Below, in pieces: positions 1 to 7,747 of a stretch of DNA of 26,542 nucleotides (positions are counted from its first letter, which is position 1; every line of letters starts with the position of its first letter). This stretch comes from a virus. Lineage: Duplodnaviria; Caudoviricetes. The translations under genes were made by a program, and so were the position numbers. The stretch covers positions 1-26,542 of IMG/VR virus record IMGVR_UViG_3300033067_001613. The stretch is one strand, 5' to 3'. Below the pieces are notes generated by a model that saw only the letters and a list, made by a program, of their open reading frames with translations, made no database searches and was not told the DNA's origin.

Positions 1-41
1 ATTATTATGGCAATATTATATGGGTCAGTTAATAAAAACAC

Positions 42-139
42 GGCCAGCGGCTGGGATTCACACCCGCGACATTCCTCTTGCGAGGCTACTCTGGATTCTA
101 TCCTTGCGGATTAGTTGCTTGCGCCTGAGTTACGCTGGA
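42..139 (-). ncRNA. tRNA-like structured RNA without an anticodon (three GCAA tetraloops)
   Basis: Minus strand reads U-CCAGCG-UA-ACUC-AG[GC-GCAA-GC]AA[CUAAUCC-GCAA-GGAUAG]AAUCCA-GAGU-A-G[CCUC-GCAA-GAGG]AAUGUC-GCGGG-UGUGAAU-CCCAGC-CGCUGG-CC, followed by a U-rich run. The acceptor stem (CCAGCG/CGCUGG), U8-A9, D-stem (ACUC/GAGU) and T-arm lie in tRNA order. Confidence 0.75.
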
Positions 140-197
140 TGGCAGCCCATTAAAGGGTAACCATACTACCGTGCATACTTAATTACGAGGAGAAACA

Positions 198-488
198 ATG
201 ACAATCACCAGAAGAGTCACTACATCATTTTTACAGGCAATCCCGCAACATATCAAACATTTTGACGCAGAAGCTTACATAGTCGTGCGCCGAAAACCAG
301 ATAAAGAAGTTCCTGACCATCCTTGGGGCACCGACGTCAGACTAGATCCATGCACATTTAATTGGAACGCCCAGACCATAACCATAACAGTCCCAGAAGA
401 TATAAATTATGGCATACACGATTGGAACGACTTAGACCCAGACTTCTATGAAATGGTTCAAGCATCATTCTTGATGCTTATGGGCTGA
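198..488 (+). CDS. hypothetical protein (96 aa)
   Basis: GAGGAG RBS just upstream of the ATG. Converges on and overlaps the 3' end of the next gene by 31 nt. Confidence 0.7.
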   Translation: MTITRRVTTSFLQAIPQHIKHFDAEAYIVVRRKPDKEVPDHPWGTDVRLDPCTFNWNAQTITITVPEDINYGIHDWNDLDPDFYEMVQASFLMLMG

Positions 489-1285
489 TTCCATCGCGTG
501 CAGATCTTAAAAAACTTATAGCCTTTAGGCCCATATAGCGTCTGTTCGCCAGGTCCAGTAACGCCTGACGACGCATGGTGCAGAAAAGCCGAAGTGCAAA
601 CAATATCGCCACGTTTGGCTAAGTATAATGCGATCAACCTCTCGAACATATGCGGCGTCCACAGCCCAGTATCTCTCAACCGCAACTTCCTAGCCACTTC
701 ATATAGTTTGGGGCCGAGATAGTCCAGTGTCGATCTGGTACAGGCAAACTGATGAGCACAAATCAATGTCGGCTGGACATCCATAGCCCATTCATAGATC
801 TCTGGATCATATTCTTTAATGTAATCCCATACACGAATGCCGACACCAAACTGGCATAGAAACATGGGATCATTTTTGGGAGTCAGACACTCTCTATCAT
901 TCAAAATAAAATCACTACTGGTAACAGCATTAACAGTCAGCCCTATCGACTTATTCGGATCATGCTTTAGAATCGATCCGATCCGCTTCCATGTGAATGC
1001 CGGATTATACTTCATCCTAGTATCGGTATGCAAAAATGCTACATTATCGTTACCAATCAGCTCATCAGCATGTTCCCAAACAGTCAATATCACAGAAGTT
1101 TCAAATAGTATCGAGTTCCAAGACGCATATGTGGGGAAAAAGTCATTAGATTCTGAATAATCAACACCAGGAACCTTGGTTGTCCCACACGAAATATGGA
1201 TCGCCTTGGCATGTTTGGTGTGAAACGGCGTAGAATTTAACAATTTAGCCGATTGTGGATGGTGCAGTACAACTACCTTAAACAT
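458..1285 (-). CDS. putative glycosyltransferase, DUF4422/GT111-like
   Basis: N-S-I-L-F-E-T...W-E-H...D-N-V-A-F-L-H resembles the DUF4422 'N..ELT...WKN..D.VG..HY' pattern, and 'FERLIALYL' resembles its C-terminal ERL motif. Adjacent to another GT. Confidence 0.5.
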   Translation of the reverse strand: MFKVVVLHHPQSAKLLNSTPFHTKHAKAIHISCGTTKVPGVDYSESNDFFPTYASWNSILFETSVILTVWEHADELIGNDNVAFLHTDTRMKYNPAFTWKRIGSILKHDPNKSIGLTVNAVTSSDFILNDRECLTPKNDPMFLCQFGVGIRVWDYIKEYDPEIYEWAMDVQPTLICAHQFACTRSTLDYLGPKLYEVARKLRLRDTGLWTPHMFERLIALYLAKRGDIVCTSAFLHHASSGVTGPGEQTLYGPKGYKFFKICTRWNQPISIKNDA

Positions 1286-2132
1286 CGAATTCGACTTTCC
1301 CTAAACTGGCAGACCTAATTTCGACAACCTTTTCTCCAGATTCCAAATACATCGGAATATAACTGGTGATCTCTGGAACATCATATGTAGAACCATCATC
1401 GGCCACTTTGCTCGTAGTGCTCCAATGCATATGCGTTCCCAACAGCTCAGGAAAGAACGGAGACCACTTATAATGCAGAAAACGCAAAAATTCCCAGTAT
1501 CTCGAATCCTGCAAGCTAGATGAAAACTTCCCATAGTGAATTATCGGCAAGTCGGCAGCATATACTTGAAAGCCTGCCGATCGAGCCTGCAGACTTAAAT
1601 CAGCAGCATATTGGTGAAATCCATTGAATTGTATGTCGAACCGCAAATAGGTGGACTTTCTCAAGACGAATAAACACTCATCTACACAGTGTACCAATGT
1701 AGGGTCTTTTACACCGTCCCAATATGGCGGTTCGTGTAACGTTGAATCGTCTTCCCAAACTGACCCTACGGCTACTGTGGATACATATTCTGCTCCACCC
1801 CATTTGCCAATATCTGACCGTCCGTAGTCTAGACTTATCCCAGCAGCCCCCAATATAGCCCAGGTTGCATCCAGCATTGCAATAATGTTGCATAGCTTAT
1901 CGAACCATTGTCCCAATAACTTAATATCTTGGTGGGCAAAAATTAAAATGTCAGATTTCGCAGTGTCTATTCCAATATTCAAAGCGTTGCTTGCCGAATA
2001 TCTCCCATCTTCATTCAAGATTGGGATTATTTCGATAGAGTGATGCTTACGGCATTGTGAGATAGAGTTCAATAAGCACGATTGATATACGTCGGGCTTA
2101 GAAACACACGTGATCACAGAATAATCAGGCAT
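1278..2132 (-). CDS. GT-A fold glycosyltransferase (Glyco_tranf_2_5-like)
   Basis: SVITCV start, 'SASNALNIGIDTAKSDILIFAHQD', 'VDECLFVL', 'FD..FNGFHQYAADLSLQAR..G'. Confidence 0.85.
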   Translation of the reverse strand: MPDYSVITCVSKPDVYQSCLLNSISQCRKHHSIEIIPILNEDGRYSASNALNIGIDTAKSDILIFAHQDIKLLGQWFDKLCNIIAMLDATWAILGAAGISLDYGRSDIGKWGGAEYVSTVAVGSVWEDDSTLHEPPYWDGVKDPTLVHCVDECLFVLRKSTYLRFDIQFNGFHQYAADLSLQARSAGFQVYAADLPIIHYGKFSSSLQDSRYWEFLRFLHYKWSPFFPELLGTHMHWSTTSKVADDGSTYDVPEITSYIPMYLESGEKVVEIRSASLGKVEFDV

Positions 2133-2143
2133 CTGAGGTAACC

Positions 2144-2380
2144 ATGGCCGTCAGCATCAGCGTCACGACTATCACAAACACTTCGACTCAAGCCATTCCG
2201 GTCTTGGTCAGTGCTACAACTTCGGCCAAGGCATCAGCCAGCTCTAATTTGGCCTACAGTGTCGAGCGTCAAATATCTATCGCTCCCGGTGCGTCCCTGA
2301 CGGTAGAAACGAGTCGTCTGGACCTCGGTCAGTTAGACGCCATCCGCAAGAAAAATCTGATCAGCTATTCATCGACGTAA
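2144..2380 (+). CDS. small hypothetical protein, possibly virion-associated
   Basis: GAGGT RBS before the ATG. S/T/A-rich beta-strand-like sequence. Fills a gap between minus-strand genes. Confidence 0.7.
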   Translation: MAVSISVTTITNTSTQAIPVLVSATTSAKASASSNLAYSVERQISIAPGASLTVETSRLDLGQLDAIRKKNLISYSST

Positions 2381-2734
2381 GCTGTTCTGCATTGTCGCTT
2401 TCTGTCTAACTATAGGTCCGGCATCTCGTGGACCAATAGTGCTTATCAACCATTCCCGAAGCTGTTCTAAATAGTTCGGATCTACTAATAATATATCGAC
2501 TATTCGTGCACGCCTATCTCTCTCAAAATATGTGCATTGCAGGGAACCAATCTCATGGTCAACAATGATTATTCTATCAACAGAAATTAGACTCCATATA
2601 CCGCTAACAAATATACCATTACCATCTCTATCTATAACTCCCAATCGCATCCCAAAACCATACTGAGCAACCTCTGCGAAGGCATGATCCAGCACGGCAT
2701 AATCATATTCACTAGTAGTCATTTCCTCAGGCAC
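2369..2734 (-). CDS. hypothetical protein (121 aa)
   Basis: ORF in the tightly packed minus-strand series, overlapping its neighbours. Confidence 0.6.
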   Translation of the reverse strand: MPEEMTTSEYDYAVLDHAFAEVAQYGFGMRLGVIDRDGNGIFVSGIWSLISVDRIIIVDHEIGSLQCTYFERDRRARIVDILLVDPNYLEQLREWLISTIGPRDAGPIVRQKATMQNSLRR

Positions 2735-3198
2735 AGTATAAACCTATCATCTAGATGCGATTTTAAGATCGGATAAACATCGCGTTCATCTAAATTCCCA
2801 TTCTGGCATCCCACCATGGGAATAATAACTTTGGGTATAAAATACTCATTTCGTTTATTCAACTCGTCTACTAACATAACCAACTGCTTTGTAGAACGGA
2901 TAATCAAATCGAGAGATGAGTCGGCATTCCAAGACATCCACGGTTGGTCGGCCAGTTCTTTGGTTGGGAACAGGAAAAATAATCCTGGCTTATAAACAGT
3001 GACAGCCGTATCCTCACGGTACTTTCGACACTTGGCCCCATACCACGCTGGAAGTTCTGGGAACAATTCCGCAGCCGTTCTGGCTATCCCGGCCCCCATC
3101 GGATTAGTGCCATCTTTCTTCCAGCCTATATTCGTTGTAATCACTACCCACTGCCCCTCGCGGTGTTTCTCCCAGATATCTCCCGACCATTCAAGCAT
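2719..3198 (-). CDS. macrodomain protein, DarG/TARG1-like ADP-ribosylglycohydrolase
   Basis: 'GDIW', 'VITTN', 'MGAGIA...FPEL', 'FPTK' and 'IPMVGCQNGNL' match DarG-type macrodomain motifs (MGKGIA, FPTK, PxLGCGNGGL). Confidence 0.85.
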   Translation of the reverse strand: MLEWSGDIWEKHREGQWVVITTNIGWKKDGTNPMGAGIARTAAELFPELPAWYGAKCRKYREDTAVTVYKPGLFFLFPTKELADQPWMSWNADSSLDLIIRSTKQLVMLVDELNKRNEYFIPKVIIPMVGCQNGNLDERDVYPILKSHLDDRFILCLRK

Positions 3199-3790
3199 GA
3201 TAGTCCTTATAGAAACGTTCTACGATCGATCGCTCTGAAAACAGCACTTTTTCAGCGAGTTCTGGTGTATATTGTGCCCAATATTTGGAAGGTTTACCAT
3301 CCATGTCAGAATCATTGAGACGATGAATTGTTCGTAAGATAGCCGGATCAAACTTTTCGCCAGCCGCCTCGAGAATTGACTGCATATCGCTGACGAGGTT
3401 TTCTAGTCTTCCAACACGATCGGTATTTCTGATATAGTTTCCGCACTCAGATGTGAACCAACCCGGTTGGAATTTTAAGACATTATTTATGAATGTTTGG
3501 AAATTATTAGAGCTACAGGCGAAGTCTAACGGATGGGACATTTCCCATCCAGTCTTCATTCTGAATGTCCACCGCGATTGATACCAACTTAGTGGATGTC
3601 TAATAAATGTGAATATTAATCGCCGCTTATAAAATTCGATCGGATGATATTGTAATAATTCTGGGAAGTGGGAATGCTCATGGCCCACTTCATGGTGTGG
3701 AATATTGGCGGCTTTAAAGATTTTCCGCACCCACCACCCACCACATTTGGGAGCATGTAAAAACACACTTTTGTCTGTGATTAATGCCAT
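3191..3790 (-). CDS. sulfotransferase family protein (Sulfotransfer_2-like)
   Basis: 'FLHAPKCGG' 5'-PAPS loop, 'FTFIRHPLSWYQSRW' 3'-phosphate motif and 'VGRLENL..D'. Start placed at ATG 3790, which forms a TGATG overlap with the upstream stop. Confidence 0.8.
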   Translation of the reverse strand: MALITDKSVFLHAPKCGGWWVRKIFKAANIPHHEVGHEHSHFPELLQYHPIEFYKRRLIFTFIRHPLSWYQSRWTFRMKTGWEMSHPLDFACSSNNFQTFINNVLKFQPGWFTSECGNYIRNTDRVGRLENLVSDMQSILEAAGEKFDPAILRTIHRLNDSDMDGKPSKYWAQYTPELAEKVLFSERSIVERFYKDYHA

Positions 3791-4542
3791 CAGATTGTAT
3801 GTGGGCAAATAGTGTTATTTCTGGCTCTGCCACAATTACAATTAAAGCATAATATTTGAAAACCAGACGGCCAATTCCTTTTCTGTAACCACCATGCTAA
3901 GTTCTTACCAGTCTTAGAAATTGACCGACGCTGTTCAGCTCCATCGTTATTAATATGATCGAGCGATAAAAAGAAAACATTATCTTCACCACAACACTTA
4001 CAATATGATCCACCATATTGTTCTGTAGCAGTCTGAAACACTTCTCTATCGTATTTCCTGTTATAATATTTTTTACAATTCACTACTGGAGTTTCACCAT
4101 ACAGCCATTTGGATTGTGATTTATGTGGGCATATCCCTCCATTTCTCGCTTTGCCCATATTACAATTCCAACACAAAATTTGAAACCCTTCCGGATAGTC
4201 ATTATCAGTGAGCCACCAGACCAAATTCTTGGACGATTTGTTGTGGGTGGCTCTTTTATACTTTGGATTATTTATCCGCCACTTTACCGCACGCTCGCTG
4301 TGTTTCAGATAACAAGATTCGCATTGTTGTGCTGCAGTTTTATTCTTGCCACATCGAAAACAAATGCCATGTGCGATCCTTTCGGCTTTTAAATTTTGTT
4401 GTCGTTTATTATTTGCCGCTGCGCATTCAGCACATCTAACTCTGGAACTTGGTTCACCGCACTGCACACAAAGACCGCGCGATCGACGTAGCAAATATGT
4501 TCGACCACTCATGAATAGATCCAGATCAGTTGTCAATGCCAT
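3790..4542 (-). CDS. HNH-type endonuclease with Zn-finger repeats (homing-endonuclease-like)
   Basis: C-terminal 'CKCCGE...LSLDHINNDG...FQILCFNCN' HNH module, two N-terminal CxxC-x(8-9)-CxxC units, and a duplicated 'GFQILCxNCN...ICPH' segment. Confidence 0.75.
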   Translation of the reverse strand: MALTTDLDLFMSGRTYLLRRSRGLCVQCGEPSSRVRCAECAAANNKRQQNLKAERIAHGICFRCGKNKTAAQQCESCYLKHSERAVKWRINNPKYKRATHNKSSKNLVWWLTDNDYPEGFQILCWNCNMGKARNGGICPHKSQSKWLYGETPVVNCKKYYNRKYDREVFQTATEQYGGSYCKCCGEDNVFFLSLDHINNDGAEQRRSISKTGKNLAWWLQKRNWPSGFQILCFNCNCGRARNNTICPHTI

Positions 4543-5107
4543 ATGCCTGGATTTCGATCTTCATTGGAAACCCTTCATATTCGGCCCGCAAAACGACCAG
4601 CGGAGCCAATGGCTTACCTTTTAGAGTGACAGTAATAGTATCAATATCGTCTATTCGCTTCGTACCAATACACCACAACAAACCAGTTGGCCGAAGTTCG
4701 GTCTCTAATTTCTTGCAGGCGTCCCACATCTCTTGGTAATTCGTGGGTTTCTTTTGTATCTGTGGGTGTTGTAATGTATATTCGTAGTCGACAGTAATAA
4801 TCGAAGCCCCGAATAATTCTGATGGCGGCAGCAATTTAATGTATACTGTGTCGCCAAGAAGTTTAGTATTCTCTCTATCGATTGTTATTTTAGATGCTTC
4901 GCCATCAATCACTACTAATTCTGATTTACCAAGATCATCAAATAAAATCCGCATATACGCATTGGTATGCCGAATGTGTACTACTACCGTCCCGGCAATA
5001 ACAGATCGCGATAATTGAATGACGGCATGTGTACGGTCTACAACTTCTACGACCTCCCCACGCATTTCTTGGGCAGAATAATATGGGTCCAGTGCTGTAG
5101 TAAGCAT
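4526..5107 (-). CDS. hypothetical protein (193 aa)
   Basis: Packed ORF. Beta-rich N-terminal part ending in 'ITVDYEY'. Confidence 0.7.
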   Translation of the reverse strand: MLTTALDPYYSAQEMRGEVVEVVDRTHAVIQLSRSVIAGTVVVHIRHTNAYMRILFDDLGKSELVVIDGEASKITIDRENTKLLGDTVYIKLLPPSELFGASIITVDYEYTLQHPQIQKKPTNYQEMWDACKKLETELRPTGLLWCIGTKRIDDIDTITVTLKGKPLAPLVVLRAEYEGFPMKIEIQAYGIDN

Positions 5108-5108
5108 A

Positions 5109-5312
5109 TTATGTATCGTAGTGCTCAGAAACGGTTTGTTCAGCCATTTGCCTGTTGTATTCTTCAGCTCGCAGTGTCCGAAGCTCGCCTATCAGTTCGC
5201 TCAACGCTGCGGCACATTCCATTCTTCCGATAGCCTTCACCACACCAAGGTCGTGAACCTCAGTCAACATGGCGGCTACACGATCAAGTTCTTCAGCATA
5301 TTTATCAGACAT
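5109..5312 (-). CDS. hypothetical helical protein (67 aa)
   Basis: Abuts both neighbours with 1-2 nt gaps. Confidence 0.7.
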   Translation of the reverse strand: MSDKYAEELDRVAAMLTEVHDLGVVKAIGRMECAAALSELIGELRTLRAEEYNRQMAEQTVSEHYDT

Positions 5313-5314
5313 GG

Positions 5315-5593
5315 CTATACCGTAGATGATGGAGCGGCTGTCATTTGTCTCTTGCCAGGCACCATATACTTGTCTGGGTTTGTGAACATATCGCCAATCA
5401 TGCTTAAATCATCGCACACTAATTCGAAGCCATCTTGGCTAGTGGCTGGTGCTTTTTCCGACGCAAATCGAATTTTCACAATCTTGCTTCGATCTGTTTC
5501 GTAGACGCCGACTATTTTGACAGAATCTGGCAGATTCAATGTCTTACCAAGCATCTCGAACGTAACCAGTAACTCTGCTATGTGAATAGGCAT
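5315..5593 (-). CDS. hypothetical protein (92 aa)
   Basis: Packed ORF in the operon. Confidence 0.7.
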   Translation of the reverse strand: MPIHIAELLVTFEMLGKTLNLPDSVKIVGVYETDRSKIVKIRFASEKAPATSQDGFELVCDDLSMIGDMFTNPDKYMVPGKRQMTAAPSSTV

Positions 5594-5621
5594 ACTATCA
5601 TCCAGACTGAGTATTGTCGAT

Positions 5622-6212
5622 TTACAATCCCAAATCGGCAGTGGTCACCAGAGCCTTGAAGTCATATCCAGCCAGAGTTTCGGCGGCTCCCTGTAGCCTA
5701 TCCAGCAGAGTCACAATCTTCACGACTGTGGCTCCTTTGGCTTCCACGGCCCGCACAGCTTTCATGATAGAGCCGCCCGACGTGGCAACATCTTCAACCA
5801 CGACGGCTTTGTCTCCGGCCCTCAAATGGCCTTCGATCAAGTTGCCCATACCGTGGACTTTTGGCTCTTTGCGGACGATGAAGCCTCTGGGGACAATCAC
5901 CTTGTCCCAGATGCCGTCTGGCTTTTTCGTCTCCAGAAATAGTCCATTATGACCGGCTATCAGTCCGGCGACGATGGGATCAGCTCCCATCGTTAAACCA
6001 CCGACCGTGTCGAACTGCACGCCATCCAGCTCTTCACACATTCCCAGCAGAGTATACATCAAACCTTCTCGGTCCAATGTTACCTTGCGGCAGTCGAGGT
6101 AATACTTCGACTTCGTTCCATTGGCCAGAGTGAACTCTTCATCAGGCGCGGCGTGAATAATAGCCAGATCCTGGATCAATTTGACCAATTTGGCCTTATT
6201 GAATTCGTTCAT
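5622..6212 (-). CDS. pyrE: orotate phosphoribosyltransferase
   Basis: 'FTLANG..SKYYLDCR', 'GGLTMGADPI', 'IVRKEPK.HG...IEG' and the PRPP-binding motif 'VVVEDVATSGGS'. Confidence 0.92.
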   Translation of the reverse strand: MNEFNKAKLVKLIQDLAIIHAAPDEEFTLANGTKSKYYLDCRKVTLDREGLMYTLLGMCEELDGVQFDTVGGLTMGADPIVAGLIAGHNGLFLETKKPDGIWDKVIVPRGFIVRKEPKVHGMGNLIEGHLRAGDKAVVVEDVATSGGSIMKAVRAVEAKGATVVKIVTLLDRLQGAAETLAGYDFKALVTTADLGL

Positions 6213-7159
6213 ACCATTCTTTCAGAATCGTCTACGAAGCCCACAGACTTGAATAAAGCCGCCATCCGATGATGGTACGTGTGTGCAGAAAATACCTCGG
6301 ACTGTTGCTTTCCAGCCAGTTCAATACGCTCAGCCTCATTTTCGCCACGCGCGTAATACAGGCACATCTCCAAATATTCTGAAGGATTACGGGCGACGAT
6401 CGCTGACGGAATATATCGCTTAATCGCTGGAACCGAATCGTGAATTACAACAGTTCCACAAACAGCCACCTTAAAAGCCCTCTCAGGGATATCAATGCCA
6501 TAATCATGAGTATGTTGCTCAGCAATACACGGCCCAAGCTTACCGCTGTTGAGAAATTCGTTGGCTCGCTCATCATTAATCCCACCGCTACACAGATTAT
6601 TTGGCCACTCTCCCCACCCATGCACCCGGCACTTCAGGCCGGAATTCAAAACAGGAAATAGAAAAGCATCAATGGTCTTAGCCTTATACGGCCACCTGCC
6701 ACCTAAGTATACAACATCCAAATGCCTGTTATGGGTGCCGGTAATCTGATTAAACACAATCCTATCAGCAGCCGTTGGCATAGGCACCCATGGAATGTTA
6801 CGACGCGCTTCCCAATATGACCATAACAAACGGTCGTCTTCATCACCATAGCCAAAAACCGCATCCGGCTTTTGCTCAGTAACCCACTTGATACTATCGA
6901 CGCCTTCGTTGATGCCTGGAATATTCACAGGGCCGAATGGATTGACATGAATAGCTATCTTACATTTACCACGGCTCGCGGGGATAGGCTGTCTATGGCC
7001 GCTACAACCGATGTACAAGTCTGGGTCGAATGCATCCCACGACGCGGCATTCCCATCCCATCGTTCAACCTGGTGCCCCTTATCCTGAAGAGCATTCCGA
7101 CACCCTTCAGTAATAAACCAAAACGCACCACCGACTTTATGGGACAGAAGAACTCGCAT
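6209..7159 (-). CDS. GT-B glycosyltransferase (CgeB/Glyco_trans_1_2-like)
   Basis: 'PTAAD..VF', 'DVVYLG', 'HGWGEW', 'PERAFKVAVCG', 'HTYHHRM'. Confidence 0.85.
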   Translation of the reverse strand: MRVLLSHKVGGAFWFITEGCRNALQDKGHQVERWDGNAASWDAFDPDLYIGCSGHRQPIPASRGKCKIAIHVNPFGPVNIPGINEGVDSIKWVTEQKPDAVFGYGDEDDRLLWSYWEARRNIPWVPMPTAADRIVFNQITGTHNRHLDVVYLGGRWPYKAKTIDAFLFPVLNSGLKCRVHGWGEWPNNLCSGGINDERANEFLNSGKLGPCIAEQHTHDYGIDIPERAFKVAVCGTVVIHDSVPAIKRYIPSAIVARNPSEYLEMCLYYARGENEAERIELAGKQQSEVFSAHTYHHRMAALFKSVGFVDDSERMV

Positions 7160-7520
7160 GAATGCCCTTGTATGTTCCTGTTAAGGTAAATTGTATAATC
7201 CGCTCTGTCCCAAGCTTGGTAACACCAAGATTTGAAATGGCAGTATAATACATACCAAACACATGGCAAACACACAACCTATGTTGCACCCACGATTCTT
7301 CTCCATCCACCGGACCATACCATGCGGCAACCGGGGTACTATGCGGATTAGCAGATACATCGACTATAACATATAAAGAACATATTCCACTATCATACGA
7401 TCTAAAAGTATGCAGACGAGGATGGGAAAGCTTATATTCGTCGAGGTTATCGAACCATTTGCAAGCGGCGGCATATAGGCCACGATGAATGGCCCGATGC
7501 TGCATTGAGATATTCATCAT
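7137..7520 (-). CDS. hypothetical protein (127 aa)
   Basis: ATGA-type overlap with the upstream ORF. Confidence 0.55.
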   Translation of the reverse strand: MMNISMQHRAIHRGLYAAACKWFDNLDEYKLSHPRLHTFRSYDSGICSLYVIVDVSANPHSTPVAAWYGPVDGEESWVQHRLCVCHVFGMYYTAISNLGVTKLGTERIIQFTLTGTYKGIHASSSVP

Positions 7521-7747
7521 TCGTCCGGAAACTCATATGGGCTTGCGACTAGTTCCAATTCGGCTGGTCTAGCGTAAATGACATACCCCAGGCCAGCATC
7601 AACTAAAACACTTTCCTCTGGCACGTACTTAGACGGCTGTTGAATACACACTACTTGCCCAGTAATACCTTTTTCGCGGCACATAACTCCAGCCAGGCAG
7701 CTGACTTTGTCATTGAATCGCACAATATCAGTAACACAGAACCTCAT
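7517..7747 (-). CDS. hypothetical protein (76 aa, SH3/KOW-like beta pattern)
   Basis: ATGA overlaps at both ends. Pattern 'DIVRF...G..GQV...V.V...ELELV'. Confidence 0.65.
   Translation of the reverse strand: MRFCVTDIVRFNDKVSCLAGVMCREKGITGQVVCIQQPSKYVPEESVLVDAGLGYVIYARPAELELVASPYEFPDE

Noticed and set aside
42-139. Functional decoding tRNA
   Set aside because: No 7-nt anticodon loop (GCAA tetraloop instead), oversized D-loop and a bulged T-stem. Reported as a tRNA-like ncRNA instead.
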